Part shown: in pieces, positions 8,525 to 18,276 of the stretch | How the letters are laid out: each line of letters opens with the position of its first letter | How positions within the stretch are numbered: position 1 is the first letter of the stretch | DNA from: Candidatus Curtissbacteria bacterium RIFCSPLOWO2_02_41_11 | Lineage (GTDB): Bacteria > Patescibacteriota > Microgenomatia > Curtissbacterales > GWA2-41-24 | Direction: 5' to 3' | NCBI GenBank assembly: GCA_001775055.1 | Contig: MFBU01000002.1 | Span: 1-56,486 of the forward strand | DNA: 56,486 nucleotides | Made by a program: the position numbers and the translations under genes | Notes under the pieces: model-generated | What the model was told of the DNA's origin: nothing | Seen by the model: only the letters and a program-made list of their open reading frames with translations | Databases searched by the model: none

Positions 8525-9085
8525 TTATTTTGCCCGCTCGACATATTCGCCGATTCTGGTGTCAACCCGAACAACTTCTCCTATTTTTATAAAAAGTGGA
8601 ACCTTTACCGTCAACCCATTCTCCAAAACCGCATCCTTGTATGTCGCCCCGACTGTATTACCGCGGGCTGAACCACCGGTTTGAGCAACTTTGTATTCCA
8701 GGATTTTGGGGATTTCGATATACAGAGGCTTATCAGCTACGGCAAACAAAGTCAGCTCCATCCCCTCTTTTAAGAATTTTGCCATATCCTCAACCAACCG
8801 TTTATCAACTGCGAATTGATCATAACTGACCAGATCCATCAAATGATAACCCTGGTTGTCCTGATATAAATACTGAACTTTCTTTCGCTCCAGATTTACT
8901 TCTTGGACCCGCGCACCAGTTTGGAAAGTCTTTTCAATTGTAGCACCGGTTGGCAGGTTCTTAACTTTAACTTTGACCGTACCACTACCTCGCCCCATTT
9001 TAATGTGTTCATAAGAAAGGACAAGAAAAACTTGTCCTCGATCTTCAAAAGCAGTGCCAGCACGCAAATCTGTAACAGAGATCAT
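8525..9085 (-). CDS. efp: elongation factor P
   Basis: HIKMGRG loop, QYLY, RGNT, VPLFIKIGE.VRVDTR..EYVER. Confidence 0.97.
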   Translation of the reverse strand: MISVTDLRAGTAFEDRGQVFLVLSYEHIKMGRGSGTVKVKVKNLPTGATIEKTFQTGARVQEVNLERKKVQYLYQDNQGYHLMDLVSYDQFAVDKRLVEDMAKFLKEGMELTLFAVADKPLYIEIPKILEYKVAQTGGSARGNTVGATYKDAVLENGLTVKVPLFIKIGEVVRVDTRIGEYVERAK

Positions 9086-10074
9086 TTTCTTTTCGTTTTG
9101 GAAGTAGACGATTGAGGCTTTAATCGACTAACCCTGATTAATCCTGAAGTTGGGATAACACTGATTCCCTGCCTTTCCAATTCATCCAAGAACAAATTAG
9201 CACCGATTGAATCGGAAACCATGTGTCCGGCAACCACTACATTTATATGATGTTTTTTTGCTTCCTCCCGATGCTCTTCCGAAGTATGCATGGAGATGAT
9301 TGTGCCAACACCCGCATGAGACAGTCTTTCGTAAATCTCCTTGGCTCCTTCTGTTCCGCCGGTAAATTCGGCAACCGCCACGCGGCCAGCCCGATTTTTT
9401 TCACTGCCGGTGTAAAGCATTGGTCCGGCTTTGTACTTAATTGCCTGTTTATACTCTGGAATCGAGCGCAAAATATCCATGACATCGCCAACCATCTCGT
9501 GCTCGCGTTTTTCAAAAATATCGGCCATAAAGCGCCAGCTTAAATTATCCCAAACAGTGTGAATACACATTAAGGGAAAACCCAAAATTCTGGCAGCATC
9601 AACACTACGGTAATGATTAATCGGGCCGATCTTACGCCTAACTTCGCTGATTCGCTCTCGCATCATCCCCTCGGCAACATTAATTGGCACACCGTATGAA
9701 GCCAAAAGATCAACTTGTAAATCCATCACTTCGTGGAGTGAGGACAAAGCACCGCCTGCAGGATGATGGGCAATTAAAAGATCAATCCCCTCGCCTTTTT
9801 CGTTTAATCGATCAGCCAAAACTACCTCACCGGTATCAAAGTCAATACCGGCCATCACTTTATCAACATTTGTCGATGGATCGCCAAACAAAATGCGAGT
9901 GTCAGAATAGGGATTTTTGAGATTTTCTAAATCAAAATCTTCTTTCTTTCGCTCTGGTAGTTCCTCATAGCTCTTCTTTTGTCTCTCAAGATATTTTTGC
10001 ACACCCTTCTTGCCGCGCGGATCAGCGCCAGTTCCCATGTTGATAGCCAGATCATAAATCTCTTGGATCGTCAT
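9082..10074 (-). CDS. NIF3 (NGG1p-interacting factor 3) family protein
   Basis: AGID, IAHHP, IHTVWD and AGHMVSD metal motifs. Confidence 0.85.
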   Translation of the reverse strand: MTIQEIYDLAINMGTGADPRGKKGVQKYLERQKKSYEELPERKKEDFDLENLKNPYSDTRILFGDPSTNVDKVMAGIDFDTGEVVLADRLNEKGEGIDLLIAHHPAGGALSSLHEVMDLQVDLLASYGVPINVAEGMMRERISEVRRKIGPINHYRSVDAARILGFPLMCIHTVWDNLSWRFMADIFEKREHEMVGDVMDILRSIPEYKQAIKYKAGPMLYTGSEKNRAGRVAVAEFTGGTEGAKEIYERLSHAGVGTIISMHTSEEHREEAKKHHINVVVAGHMVSDSIGANLFLDELERQGISVIPTSGLIRVSRLKPQSSTSKTKRK

Positions 10075-10113
10075 GATAAAGGAAATGATATAATAATTGA
10101 GCTTAAAAATCCA

Positions 10114-10131
10114 GCCGATGTGGTGGAATTG
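10114..10131 (+). pseudogene. fragment resembling a tRNA-Leu 5' end
   Basis: GCCGATGTGGTGGAATTG versus the intact tRNA start GCCGAGGTGATGGAATGG 34 nt downstream. Confidence 0.5.
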
Positions 10132-10147
10132 ACACCAGTCTAAATTT

Positions 10148-10232
10148 GCCGAGGTGATGGAATGGTAGACATGTGGGTCTCAAAAACCCATGGGAGTAAA
10201 ATCCCGTGAGAGTTCGAATCTCTCCCTCGGCA
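10148..10232 (+). tRNA. tRNA-Leu (CAA)
   Basis: acceptor GCCGAGG/CCTCGGC-A; D-loop TGGAATGGTAGACA; anticodon arm TGGGT-CTCAAAA-ACCCA; long variable arm; T-loop GTTCGAATC; CCA not encoded. Confidence 0.97.
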
Positions 10233-10281
10233 CAAGACCTATAGTTGATATAAGACCACTATTTTGTTATAATCTTCCTCT

Positions 10282-11184
10282 ATGTCTACGCATAGAGAGA
10301 GGGAAGGCTCCCAAAATCGTGTAGAGGCAAATATTCATCTCCTTGGTGAACTTGTTGCCGAAAAGAACAGGGATTCAAAAGAAAAGATCAAGATGATAGA
10401 AGATCTGAAAATCTTGTCTGCCCCAGATGACGCCCTAATCAAACTTGCCATGCTTCGAATGGATACCCAGCAATTGGTAGATACTCTTCCTGCCAAGCAA
10501 GAAATCATTGCTGATATCATTCGCAGATACGCTATTGAAACCGAAATAGATGAAAATTTTTTAAGACAGATGTTAATTATTGCAGACAGACATTTAAAAA
10601 CCCCTGAAGAGGAAAGAGACGAGGAGTTTTTACGGCAAGAACAGGAAGTGGTCACAAACGTGATAAACAGCTTGAATGACAGAAGAGCCAGAGAAAGACT
10701 TACCAGAGAAAATGAACAAAAACACGAAGTTGAAATAAGCGGTGGACGAGTTTTTAACTTTTTTGTTTCGCAAGACGGAGAAAGTGTTCGAATGGATCTT
10801 CCAATAATAACTGACCCAAACAAAACAAGGGTAGCAATCGGTCCAGAAGCTGTAGTTGAAATACTTGGGGCAAAATTAACCTTTGAAGATTACGACAGAA
10901 TAGCAGAGACTCTACTTTCTTTTAAAGGTGGAGTAGGTAGGGTTATTCGGGCTTACGCTTTTGCTGTAGAAACATGGGCCGACTTATCATCGCAAGGCTT
11001 TGATGCAAGTGAGACCCGCGATAGCAGAAGACTAAGATCTTACGCAATTAGAAAAACCTTTAACGGTGAAGATCCTAAAATTGGGCCTTTCGTCGACATT
11101 CCTCTAAATTCAATATTTACATATGTTACCAAACGATATCCATTAATAGCCCTAAAAAATCCTCCACAACCGTTTAGCGAATAA
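10282..11184 (+). CDS. hypothetical protein (300 aa)
   Basis: long charged ORF downstream of the tRNA; TGTTATAAT 8 nt before ATG. Confidence 0.8.
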   Translation: MSTHREREGSQNRVEANIHLLGELVAEKNRDSKEKIKMIEDLKILSAPDDALIKLAMLRMDTQQLVDTLPAKQEIIADIIRRYAIETEIDENFLRQMLIIADRHLKTPEEERDEEFLRQEQEVVTNVINSLNDRRARERLTRENEQKHEVEISGGRVFNFFVSQDGESVRMDLPIITDPNKTRVAIGPEAVVEILGAKLTFEDYDRIAETLLSFKGGVGRVIRAYAFAVETWADLSSQGFDASETRDSRRLRSYAIRKTFNGEDPKIGPFVDIPLNSIFTYVTKRYPLIALKNPPQPFSE

Positions 11185-11292
11185 TTTTGGATTTAGGCAA
11201 TTTTGAACCCAAAAAGTTCTCATCTTTCATTAAAATTTCGAAGGACAAGTAACATCGTCTAAAAACCGGCAGCAAACTTTGAGAATGTAACT

Positions 11293-12669
11293 TTAGGCTT
11301 CTGCAGTTACGCGCGGCTCGGGGGCTACTAGTTTTTGGCGTTTTTCAACTCCGTAAAACTTAACGCGTTCCGGCCGAAACATCATATCAATTTCACCGGT
11401 TGGCCCGTTGCGGTGTTTCTGAATATCCAATTTTACCTGTTCCATATTATCCGGGTCCGGCCGCCAGATAAACATCACCACATCGGCATCCTGCTCAATA
11501 GCTCCCGATTCCCTTAGATCCGCAAGCTGCGGCTTTTTAGTCCCTCGCTGCTCAACTGCCCGCGACAACTGCGAACATGCAAGAATCGGAATTTTAAGTT
11601 CTCTAGCCAAGTTTTTAAGATTCTGGGAAATTTCCGATACTTCCTGCACTCTGTTTTCCAGATGCCTACCAATAATAAGCTGCAGGTAATCAACGATTAA
11701 AAACGCAAGATTATGTTCCACCTGCAGGCGCCGGGCTTTAGTACGCATTTCCAAAATATTGGAAGCCGGTGTGTCGTCAATAAACAGCGGTGCGTCTGCC
11801 AAAACCCCCATCGCTTCTTGCAGTCGGTCAAAATCGCTATCGTCAAGCTTGCCGGTTTTAAGCTTCCAGGCATCAATTTCCGACTCTGAAACCAAAAGCC
11901 TGTCAACTAGTTCTTCTTTACTCATCTCCAGAGAAAAAATACCCACCGGCAAGCCTTCTTTGACGGCAACGTGGGCAGCAATATTTAAGGCCATCGAAGT
12001 TTTACCCTGCCCGGGACGGGATGCCAAGATTAAAAGATTGGAATTTTGCATGCCGGCAAGTTTACCGTCCAAATCCCAAAAACCGGTGGAAATTCCCCGC
12101 AGTCCCCCGGCCTTTCTGTGAAGCTCGTCAAGTCTGTCAAAACTTTCAGCCAGAGCGTCTTTTAAGGGAATAAAGTTTTGGCGCAAATGCTCCTGAGAAA
12201 GAGAAAAAACCGTCTGTTCGGTTTCATCCAAAATCGACCTGACATCGCCCCTTTCATCAAAAGCCGATTCGGAAATTTTGGCGCTGGCAGCAATTAGCCT
12301 ACGCTTAACAGAATGGTCGCGAACAATCTGGGCGTATTGGGCAATATGGGCGGAAGTCGGTACTGCCGATGCCAGCTGCGCGAGATATGCCGCTCCGCCG
12401 ACATCGTCAAAAGTGCCTCTTTTTTTAAGTTGGGCCGTTAAAGTTACCAAGTCGATTGGCTCGCGCCTCTCGTAAAGCTCCAAAATTGCCAAATAAATAT
12501 CGGTGTGTGCCTGTTTATAAAAATGCTCAGGTTTTAAGGCTTGCGCCACCGAAACGACGGCGTCTTTGTCGATTAAAATTGCGCCGATTATCGACTGCTC
12601 TGCTTCCAAATCTTGCGGTGGCACTCTGCCTGCTCGTCCGGTAAGCGGGCCAGCTGTTTGTTTAGCCAT
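11293..12669 (-). CDS. dnaB: replicative DNA helicase
   Basis: PPQDLEAEQS, SRPGQGKT, IVDYLQL, DLRESGAIEQDAD, KHRNGP. Confidence 0.98.
   Translation of the reverse strand: MAKQTAGPLTGRAGRVPPQDLEAEQSIIGAILIDKDAVVSVAQALKPEHFYKQAHTDIYLAILELYERREPIDLVTLTAQLKKRGTFDDVGGAAYLAQLASAVPTSAHIAQYAQIVRDHSVKRRLIAASAKISESAFDERGDVRSILDETEQTVFSLSQEHLRQNFIPLKDALAESFDRLDELHRKAGGLRGISTGFWDLDGKLAGMQNSNLLILASRPGQGKTSMALNIAAHVAVKEGLPVGIFSLEMSKEELVDRLLVSESEIDAWKLKTGKLDDSDFDRLQEAMGVLADAPLFIDDTPASNILEMRTKARRLQVEHNLAFLIVDYLQLIIGRHLENRVQEVSEISQNLKNLARELKIPILACSQLSRAVEQRGTKKPQLADLRESGAIEQDADVVMFIWRPDPDNMEQVKLDIQKHRNGPTGEIDMMFRPERVKFYGVEKRQKLVAPEPRVTAEA
12628..12650. repeat. short palindrome read in frame in the dnaB 5' end
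   Basis: GCCTGCT...AGCGGGC, encoding GPLTGRAG before RVPPQ. Confidence 0.6.
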
Positions 12670-12680
12670 GTTGATATATC

Positions 12681-13340
12681 TTATTGTTTTTCTAAAACTG
12701 CAATTTCCACTTCTTCAGGTAATTTCTCGAAAGATATAGAAAGTTTGGAAACTGGTTCGATTTTTTCCTTACCCATGACCGTTAAAAATTTTGAAAGGTC
12801 GTCAAGATCAAATTTGAGACCCGCAAGCTTGTAATGCATCGGTATAACAATTTTAGGTTCAATCTGGGCGATAATATCCGGCGCGTCTTTGGCACTTATA
12901 GTGTAAATACCTCCCACCGGAATTAAAAGAACATCGCAAGTTGAAAGAGCCTCGGCCTGCTCCTGTGTCAGTTTTTTTTGGCCTAAATCTCCAAGATGAA
13001 CAATATTAACCTCATCAACAACTACATGATAAATCGTATTTTTGCCGCGTTCCTCTCCGTTTTTATCATCATGGAAACTGTCAATCCCCACAATATTGAC
13101 ACCAGAAATTTCATATTCTCCAGGACCTGAAATGACAAAGGGTGATTGATTATCGGCAGGACCTTGGATAACAGCCTCATTATTGTGATCTTTATGATCG
13201 TGACTTACGCAAACAATATCAGAGTCGATTTTTGGCAGACGAAGGCCTGTGAATTCGCCATCATAAGGATCAAAAACCACACTGGCGTTTTTGCCTTTGA
13301 CCTTAAAACATGACTGACCATACCACCAAATATCAACCAT
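12681..13340 (-). CDS. MBL-fold metallo-hydrolase
   Basis: WYGQSCF, FDPY, SHDHKDH, HLGD and IPMHY motifs; start taken at MVDIWW (13340). Confidence 0.92.
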   Translation of the reverse strand: MVDIWWYGQSCFKVKGKNASVVFDPYDGEFTGLRLPKIDSDIVCVSHDHKDHNNEAVIQGPADNQSPFVISGPGEYEISGVNIVGIDSFHDDKNGEERGKNTIYHVVVDEVNIVHLGDLGQKKLTQEQAEALSTCDVLLIPVGGIYTISAKDAPDIIAQIEPKIVIPMHYKLAGLKFDLDDLSKFLTVMGKEKIEPVSKLSISFEKLPEEVEIAVLEKQ

Positions 13341-13347
13341 TAGTTTA

Positions 13348-13366
13348 TCCTGAACTTGTCGAAGGA
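13348..13366. repeat. REP-like palindrome of the CCTGARC..GTCGAAGG type
   Basis: TCCTGAACTTGTCGAAGGA; related copies at 17545, 34639 and 42963. Confidence 0.75.
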
Positions 13367-13455
13367 CTAAAAAATAATAGCACAATTTCAAAATTGAAAG
13401 AAGAACTAAAATTGCCCAAAATATCCCCCTTGTGCTAAGCTAGGATACTAACTTG

Positions 13456-13560
13456 GAAGTGTGAAGTGTGAAATGAGAAAATAGATAATGAGGTGGGAAG
13501 TTGGAATAATCTCACATCACACTTCGATAATCTAGCTTCTCACTTCTCACATCTCACTTC
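13456..13560. repeat. inverted arrays of 7-mer repeats
   Basis: GAAGTGTGAAGTGTGAAATGAGAA (13456-13479) is complementary at 20/24 positions to TTCTCACTTCTCACATCTCACTTC (13537-13560). Confidence 0.8.
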
Positions 13561-14505
13561 GTGAGAATTATGAAATCCTCTTTGGTCATCAACCGACTCG
13601 CCAAATACCTTGTGATTTTAATTTTGATAGCTTCCTTTCTTCTAGTCCTCTTTTGGCTTTGGCAAAGACAGCCCAAAATTACCAAAGAAAACAGCCAAAA
13701 TTTGACGACTCCTCAAACTAACCAAGAAGAAAAGGCCCAAGAATTTATCAAAAACCCAAAAGACAACTCAATTTTAGCTTCAAACAAAGTCAATATTGAA
13801 GGCCAAGCAGACCCAGATGGCTATGTGGCAATTTTAGCAAGCACTGATCAGGCTGTAGTAATAACAACTAGTGATGGTCAATTTTCAAAAGAAATTGAAC
13901 TTGGTCAAGGTTTAAATTTAGTTGAGGTTATTTCGATCTTGCCAGACTTTAAGCAAGATAAAAAACAGACACTGACCCTTCTGGTTTCTGGCGACAAAAG
14001 CCAAGGTGCAGTTTTTGCCGGTACAGTTAAATCTATTTTTGACACCTACCTGACTATCACGACGCCTACGGGTCAAAAAAACCTACGCAGCCAAAAATCC
14101 ACAAATATTATTCTGCCACCTGCTCCCAAAGATCAAGAAGAGGCTACTTCCCCATCTGGCATTAAGGCAATTAGGGTCGGTGACTATCTTATAGCCGAAG
14201 GAGAAATCTCCTCGCCTGATGAAATGACAACCACTAAAATCGAAGTTCTAAGAGAAGACAAACCTCAAAATAACAAAAAGTTAATGGTTGGCAGGATTTT
14301 AGTTTCCCCGCGTCAAAACCTGTTTTCAGTCAAAGATATAACTAACAGCGAAATCACCGAATTTGCTCTTTTCAAAAATACTCAAATTACAAAAGTTGAC
14401 AAAGAAGCAAAACCCCAGGACCTCACTAAAGACGCAAATGCCATCATCATTTATCACCAAGATGGCGATAAAAATTTGGTTGACTTAATTTATCTTCTAC
14501 CCTAA
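13561..14505 (+). CDS. membrane-anchored extracellular protein (Ig-like and beta-barrel-like domains)
   Basis: N-terminal TM; DGQFSKEIELGQGLN Ig-like motif; beta-rich repeats. Confidence 0.75.
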   Translation: MRIMKSSLVINRLAKYLVILILIASFLLVLFWLWQRQPKITKENSQNLTTPQTNQEEKAQEFIKNPKDNSILASNKVNIEGQADPDGYVAILASTDQAVVITTSDGQFSKEIELGQGLNLVEVISILPDFKQDKKQTLTLLVSGDKSQGAVFAGTVKSIFDTYLTITTPTGQKNLRSQKSTNIILPPAPKDQEEATSPSGIKAIRVGDYLIAEGEISSPDEMTTTKIEVLREDKPQNNKKLMVGRILVSPRQNLFSVKDITNSEITEFALFKNTQITKVDKEAKPQDLTKDANAIIIYHQDGDKNLVDLIYLLP

Positions 14506-14559
14506 TTCCACTAGCCTCAATACCCAAAAACTAAACTCTGTAGTATCATTAAAACAAGC

Positions 14560-15462
14560 ATGCAAAAAGCACCGCCGACACCTAAGGGCTTTCGCGATAT
14601 TGCACCCGACTTAGCCAAAAAACGCCAACAAGTTATTAGCCAAATCGTCAAGGTTTTGGAAGACTTTGGCTTTGAACCAATCGAGACTCCCACCATCGAA
14701 TTTTCCCAAACCTTAAAAGGCAAATATGGCGAAGAGGAAAGATTGATTTACGAATTTAAAGATCGCGGAGGCAGAAATTTAGCTCTCCGCTATGATCTAA
14801 CCGTACCTTTAGCCCGCTATGTGGCAACTTACAACCCGCCTCTCCCCTTTCGTCGCTATCAAATCGGCCAGGTTTTTCGAGGCGAAAATCCTCAACATGG
14901 TCGATACCGCGAATTTACTCAGCTTGACTTTGATTCAGTCGGCTCAGACTCTTTAGAAGAAGATGCCAAAATAATTGCGGCCGCCATCAAAGCTGTCAAA
15001 AAAATCGGCGTTATCAATCCTCAAATGAAAATCAATGACCGCCAAAATTTTGCAGGTCTTGGTAAAAAAGTCATCATCGCTCTCGATAAACTGGAAAAGA
15101 TTGGCGAATCTGCGGTTGTTAGCGAACTTATCCAAAAAGGATTATCCGAAAATAAAGCAGCTGAACTTTTGACAAGTATCAGAAATAAGAAACCGACTGA
15201 TGATCTTGAGAAAATCTTTAAGCATCTGGAAATTTTGGGGGTCGATAAAAAAGAATATGCTTTTGACCCGTACTTAGCTCGAGGTCTTGATTATTATACC
15301 GGAGCAATTTTTGAGCTTAGGGTTCCATCTTATGGAAATTTATCAATTGGCTCCGGCGGCAGATATGACAACTTAATCGGTATGCTTTCTAAAAAACAGA
15401 TTCCTGCAGTCGGCTTTTCCTTTGGCCTGGATCGTCTGATTGAGGCACTTGGTGAAAATTAA
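14560..15462 (+). CDS. hisS: histidine--tRNA ligase, catalytic domain only
   Basis: PKGFRD, LRYDLTVP, FRGENPQHGRYREF, RGLDYYTG, GGRYD and GFSFGLDR; protein ends right after motif 3. Confidence 0.88.
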   Translation: MQKAPPTPKGFRDIAPDLAKKRQQVISQIVKVLEDFGFEPIETPTIEFSQTLKGKYGEEERLIYEFKDRGGRNLALRYDLTVPLARYVATYNPPLPFRRYQIGQVFRGENPQHGRYREFTQLDFDSVGSDSLEEDAKIIAAAIKAVKKIGVINPQMKINDRQNFAGLGKKVIIALDKLEKIGESAVVSELIQKGLSENKAAELLTSIRNKKPTDDLEKIFKHLEILGVDKKEYAFDPYLARGLDYYTGAIFELRVPSYGNLSIGSGGRYDNLIGMLSKKQIPAVGFSFGLDRLIEALGEN

Positions 15463-16342
15463 CTCCGCTTTCTTACTAACCGCTTTCGCTGCTCTTATCT
15501 GGGGTGCCACCGCCCCGATTATGAAACTGACCCTGCAGGAAGTTCCCGTTTTTTCTCTGGCCTTTATCAGAATGAGCTTGGCTTCATTAATCTTGGCATC
15601 GATCATTTTTTCCAAATTGAAGATTAAAAAGCGGGATTTGCCGATGCTAAGTCTTGCTGCCTTAACCGGCGTTACCCTAAATCTAGCCTTTTTCTTCCTC
15701 GGTCTTAAACTTACCCAAGCCATCAATGCTTCCTTTTTGGTTGCCGCAGTTCCCATTTTTACCATCCTAGCTGCCCATTTTTACCTAAAGGAAAAATTTA
15801 ACTCGCGTTTAATTTTGGCCTCACTTATCGCTTTTGCCGGAGTTGCCTTAATTATCGGCAAACCTTATGCAGGAGTGTCATCAAGAGAACTTGTGGGAAA
15901 TTTTTTATTGCTCTTGGCAACTCTTAGCTGGGTCGCCCATGAAATTTTCGCCAAGAAACTCTTAAAAACTTATGACGGTGGTACGGTCGCTTTTTATTCG
16001 ATGGCTATCGGTGCTTTGACCTTTTTGCCCTTGGCTCTTTTAGAATTTGTGAAAAACCCCAACTGGATAAATCAGGTGACTTTATCGGGTTTTATGGGTA
16101 TTCTCTACGGCATTTTCTTCGCTTCGCTTATTGCCTATTGGGCTTGGCAAAAAGGCTTATCCTTATTGCCTGCAGGCCAAGCTGCTTTCTTCTTTTATCT
16201 TGACCCAATTTCAGGAACAATCCTGGCCATCATTCTCTTGGGCGAAAAACTCACACCCCAATTAATACTTGGTGGAATTCTAATTGCAGTTGCAGTTCTC
16301 CTGATCGAACACAAACGCCGCGCCCACTCTTTACATCAATAA
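15452..16342 (+). CDS. EamA/DMT family transporter
   Basis: 10-TM duplicated pattern; IWG and L.EK motifs; GTG start overlaps the hisS end. Confidence 0.92.
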   Translation: MKINSAFLLTAFAALIWGATAPIMKLTLQEVPVFSLAFIRMSLASLILASIIFSKLKIKKRDLPMLSLAALTGVTLNLAFFFLGLKLTQAINASFLVAAVPIFTILAAHFYLKEKFNSRLILASLIAFAGVALIIGKPYAGVSSRELVGNFLLLLATLSWVAHEIFAKKLLKTYDGGTVAFYSMAIGALTFLPLALLEFVKNPNWINQVTLSGFMGILYGIFFASLIAYWAWQKGLSLLPAGQAAFFFYLDPISGTILAIILLGEKLTPQLILGGILIAVAVLLIEHKRRAHSLHQ

Positions 16343-16383
16343 AATTTTGCTAATTTAAGCCTTTTTGATAGAATACATTTATC

Positions 16384-16695
16384 ATGAAAGCGCAAATTCA
16401 TCCAGAGTATTTTGATGATTGTAAGGTTACCTGCGCTTGTGGCAACACTTTTACCACCGGCGCTACTGTTCGTGAAATTCGCGTTGATGTCTGCAACAAA
16501 TGCCATCCCTTCTTCACCGGCGAAATGAAATATGTCGATACTCTGGGCCGAGTTGAAAAATTTGAAAAATCGCGTCAAAAATCAAAAGAGTTAAATCTCC
16601 AAAAACAAAAAGTCCAAAAGGAAAAAATCGAAAGACAAAGACCGACTTCTCTTAAAGAAATGCTCGATCTTGCCAAAAAGCAAGCCTCATCGTAG
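16384..16695 (+). CDS. rpmE: 50S ribosomal protein L31
   Basis: [30 protein letters not shown]; extended C-terminal tail. Confidence 0.97.
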   Translation: MKAQIHPEYFDDCKVTCACGNTFTTGATVREIRVDVCNKCHPFFTGEMKYVDTLGRVEKFEKSRQKSKELNLQKQKVQKEKIERQRPTSLKEMLDLAKKQASS

Positions 16696-16704
16696 GAAAA
16701 TCCC

Positions 16705-16788
16705 AAATTGTTAAATTGCTATATTGTTATATTGAAAAAATTTAATTAACTAATTTAACAATTTAACCATTTAACCATGTAACAATTT
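16705..16788. repeat. inverted arrays of 8-mer AT-rich repeats
   Basis: (AAATTGTT)-like x4 facing (AACAATTT)-like x4 between rpmE and prfA. Confidence 0.75.
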
Positions 16789-16795
16789 AATTTAT

Positions 16796-17713
16796 ATGAA
16801 CGATTACATAAAAAAACAAATCGCAGATATTGATCTCAAAATTGCCGAGGCTCAAAAGCTTTTGGAAGATCCTTCTGTGGCGCAGTTGGCACAAGCAGAA
16901 ATTGAGGAACTTACAAAACAAAAGGCTATCCTTTTATCAGCCAATTCCTCCACCTCCGAGGTGAAAACTCCCTACACCTCGGAGGTATCTCTTGGCAAAA
17001 GCATTATCCTCGAAATTCGCTCCGCAGCCGGCGGCGACGAGGCCGGGCTTTTTGCGGCAGATCTTTACCGGATGTACCAGAAATTCGCCGTAAGTCACAA
17101 CTGGCGCTTTGAAGAGTTGGATCGCACCGAAGGCGGACTTGGCAATATCAAAACTGTCGTTGTTAAAATTTCAGGGCGCGATGTCTTAGAAAAACTAAAG
17201 TACGAATCCGGAGTCCATCGCGTTCAGCGCGTGCCCAAGACCGAAAGTTCGGGCCGAATTCACACCTCAACGGCAACTGTTGCCATTTTGCCGGAAGTCC
17301 CAGCAACCCAAATTGATATTAATCCCGCCGATATCGAATTTGAAGCCTTTCGTTCCGGCGGTCATGGCGGCCAAAATGTCAACAAAGTTTCAACAGCCGT
17401 GCGCATTAAACACAAACCAACCGGCATTATCGTCAAGGCTCAAACCGAAAGATCCCAAGCCCAAAACCGCGAAATCGCCATGCAAATTTTGCGCTCTAAA
17501 ATTTACCAGCTGGAGGAATCTCAAAAACAGTCACAACTTGGCAACCTTCGACAGGCTCAGGTCGGTGCCGGCGACCGCTCAGAAAAAATCCGCACCTACA
17601 ACTTTCCACAGAACCGTGTTACTGATCACAGACTAAATAAGTCGTGGAATAATTTAGATTCTGTAATTGATGGTAAGTTTGAAAAAATCATCGAAGCTTT
17701 AAGCGGTAAATAA
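16796..17713 (+). CDS. prfA: peptide chain release factor 1 (N-terminally shortened)
   Basis: [19 protein letters not shown] (PxT), [18 protein letters not shown]. Confidence 0.96.
   Translation: MNDYIKKQIADIDLKIAEAQKLLEDPSVAQLAQAEIEELTKQKAILLSANSSTSEVKTPYTSEVSLGKSIILEIRSAAGGDEAGLFAADLYRMYQKFAVSHNWRFEELDRTEGGLGNIKTVVVKISGRDVLEKLKYESGVHRVQRVPKTESSGRIHTSTATVAILPEVPATQIDINPADIEFEAFRSGGHGGQNVNKVSTAVRIKHKPTGIIVKAQTERSQAQNREIAMQILRSKIYQLEESQKQSQLGNLRQAQVGAGDRSEKIRTYNFPQNRVTDHRLNKSWNNLDSVIDGKFEKIIEALSGK
16951..16986. repeat. 12-bp perfect inverted repeat read in frame in prfA
   Basis: ACCTCCGAGGTG(16952-16963)/CACCTCGGAGGT(16975-16986), encoding [12 protein letters not shown]. Confidence 0.85.
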
Positions 17714-17767
17714 AACCTAAAATGAAAATTAAAGTTTACGATATCAGCTTTAGTATAAAATAGATTA

Positions 17768-18256
17768 GTGCTTGATTTTGTAGAAAGATTCTCTTATTTA
17801 GGTCTCTTTCTTATTTTGTTTGCCGAAGAAGGCGGTATTCCCCTGCCGATTCCCGGCGACATTTTTATTGCCACGGTTGCGGCTCTACCAAAAACTAATT
17901 ACTTTTTATTGGTTTTAACCGTAGTTACAGCAACCCTTTGCGGATCAACTATTTTATTCACGCTCGCCAGGTTCTTCGGTCACAAATTAATCGTCAAATT
18001 CGGCAAGTACATTAAATTAACCCCGGAAAAAATCAAAAGGATCGAGGCTTGGTTTGAAAAACGCGGAGGACTAGCAATCGTCATCGGCCGCCTGATCCCC
18101 GGCCTTCGCATTATCACACCGGCTGTTGCCGGCATTTTCGAAGTTAGCTACAGGACTTTCTGGCTCTACACCGCCATTGCCGCCTTCATCTGGGCCAATA
18201 TATACTATCTAATCGGTAGATTCTTTGGGGAAGTCTTAAAGACGGTAATTAAATAA
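17768..18256 (+). CDS. DedA family membrane protein
   Basis: E.GIPLPIPGD and GRLIPGLR motifs. Confidence 0.93.
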   Translation: MLDFVERFSYLGLFLILFAEEGGIPLPIPGDIFIATVAALPKTNYFLLVLTVVTATLCGSTILFTLARFFGHKLIVKFGKYIKLTPEKIKRIEAWFEKRGGLAIVIGRLIPGLRIITPAVAGIFEVSYRTFWLYTAIAAFIWANIYYLIGRFFGEVLKTVIK

Positions 18257-18276
18257 GGACTCTTTCGACATTTAAC

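Noticed and set aside
10282-11290. Integrated element downstream of tRNA-Leu
   Set aside because: No integrase and no 3' tRNA duplication found after the ORFan
13341-13391. N-terminal extension of the MBL hydrolase (MKLCYY...LRQVQDKL)
   Set aside because: Read-through of an intergenic palindrome; the fold starts at MVDIWW
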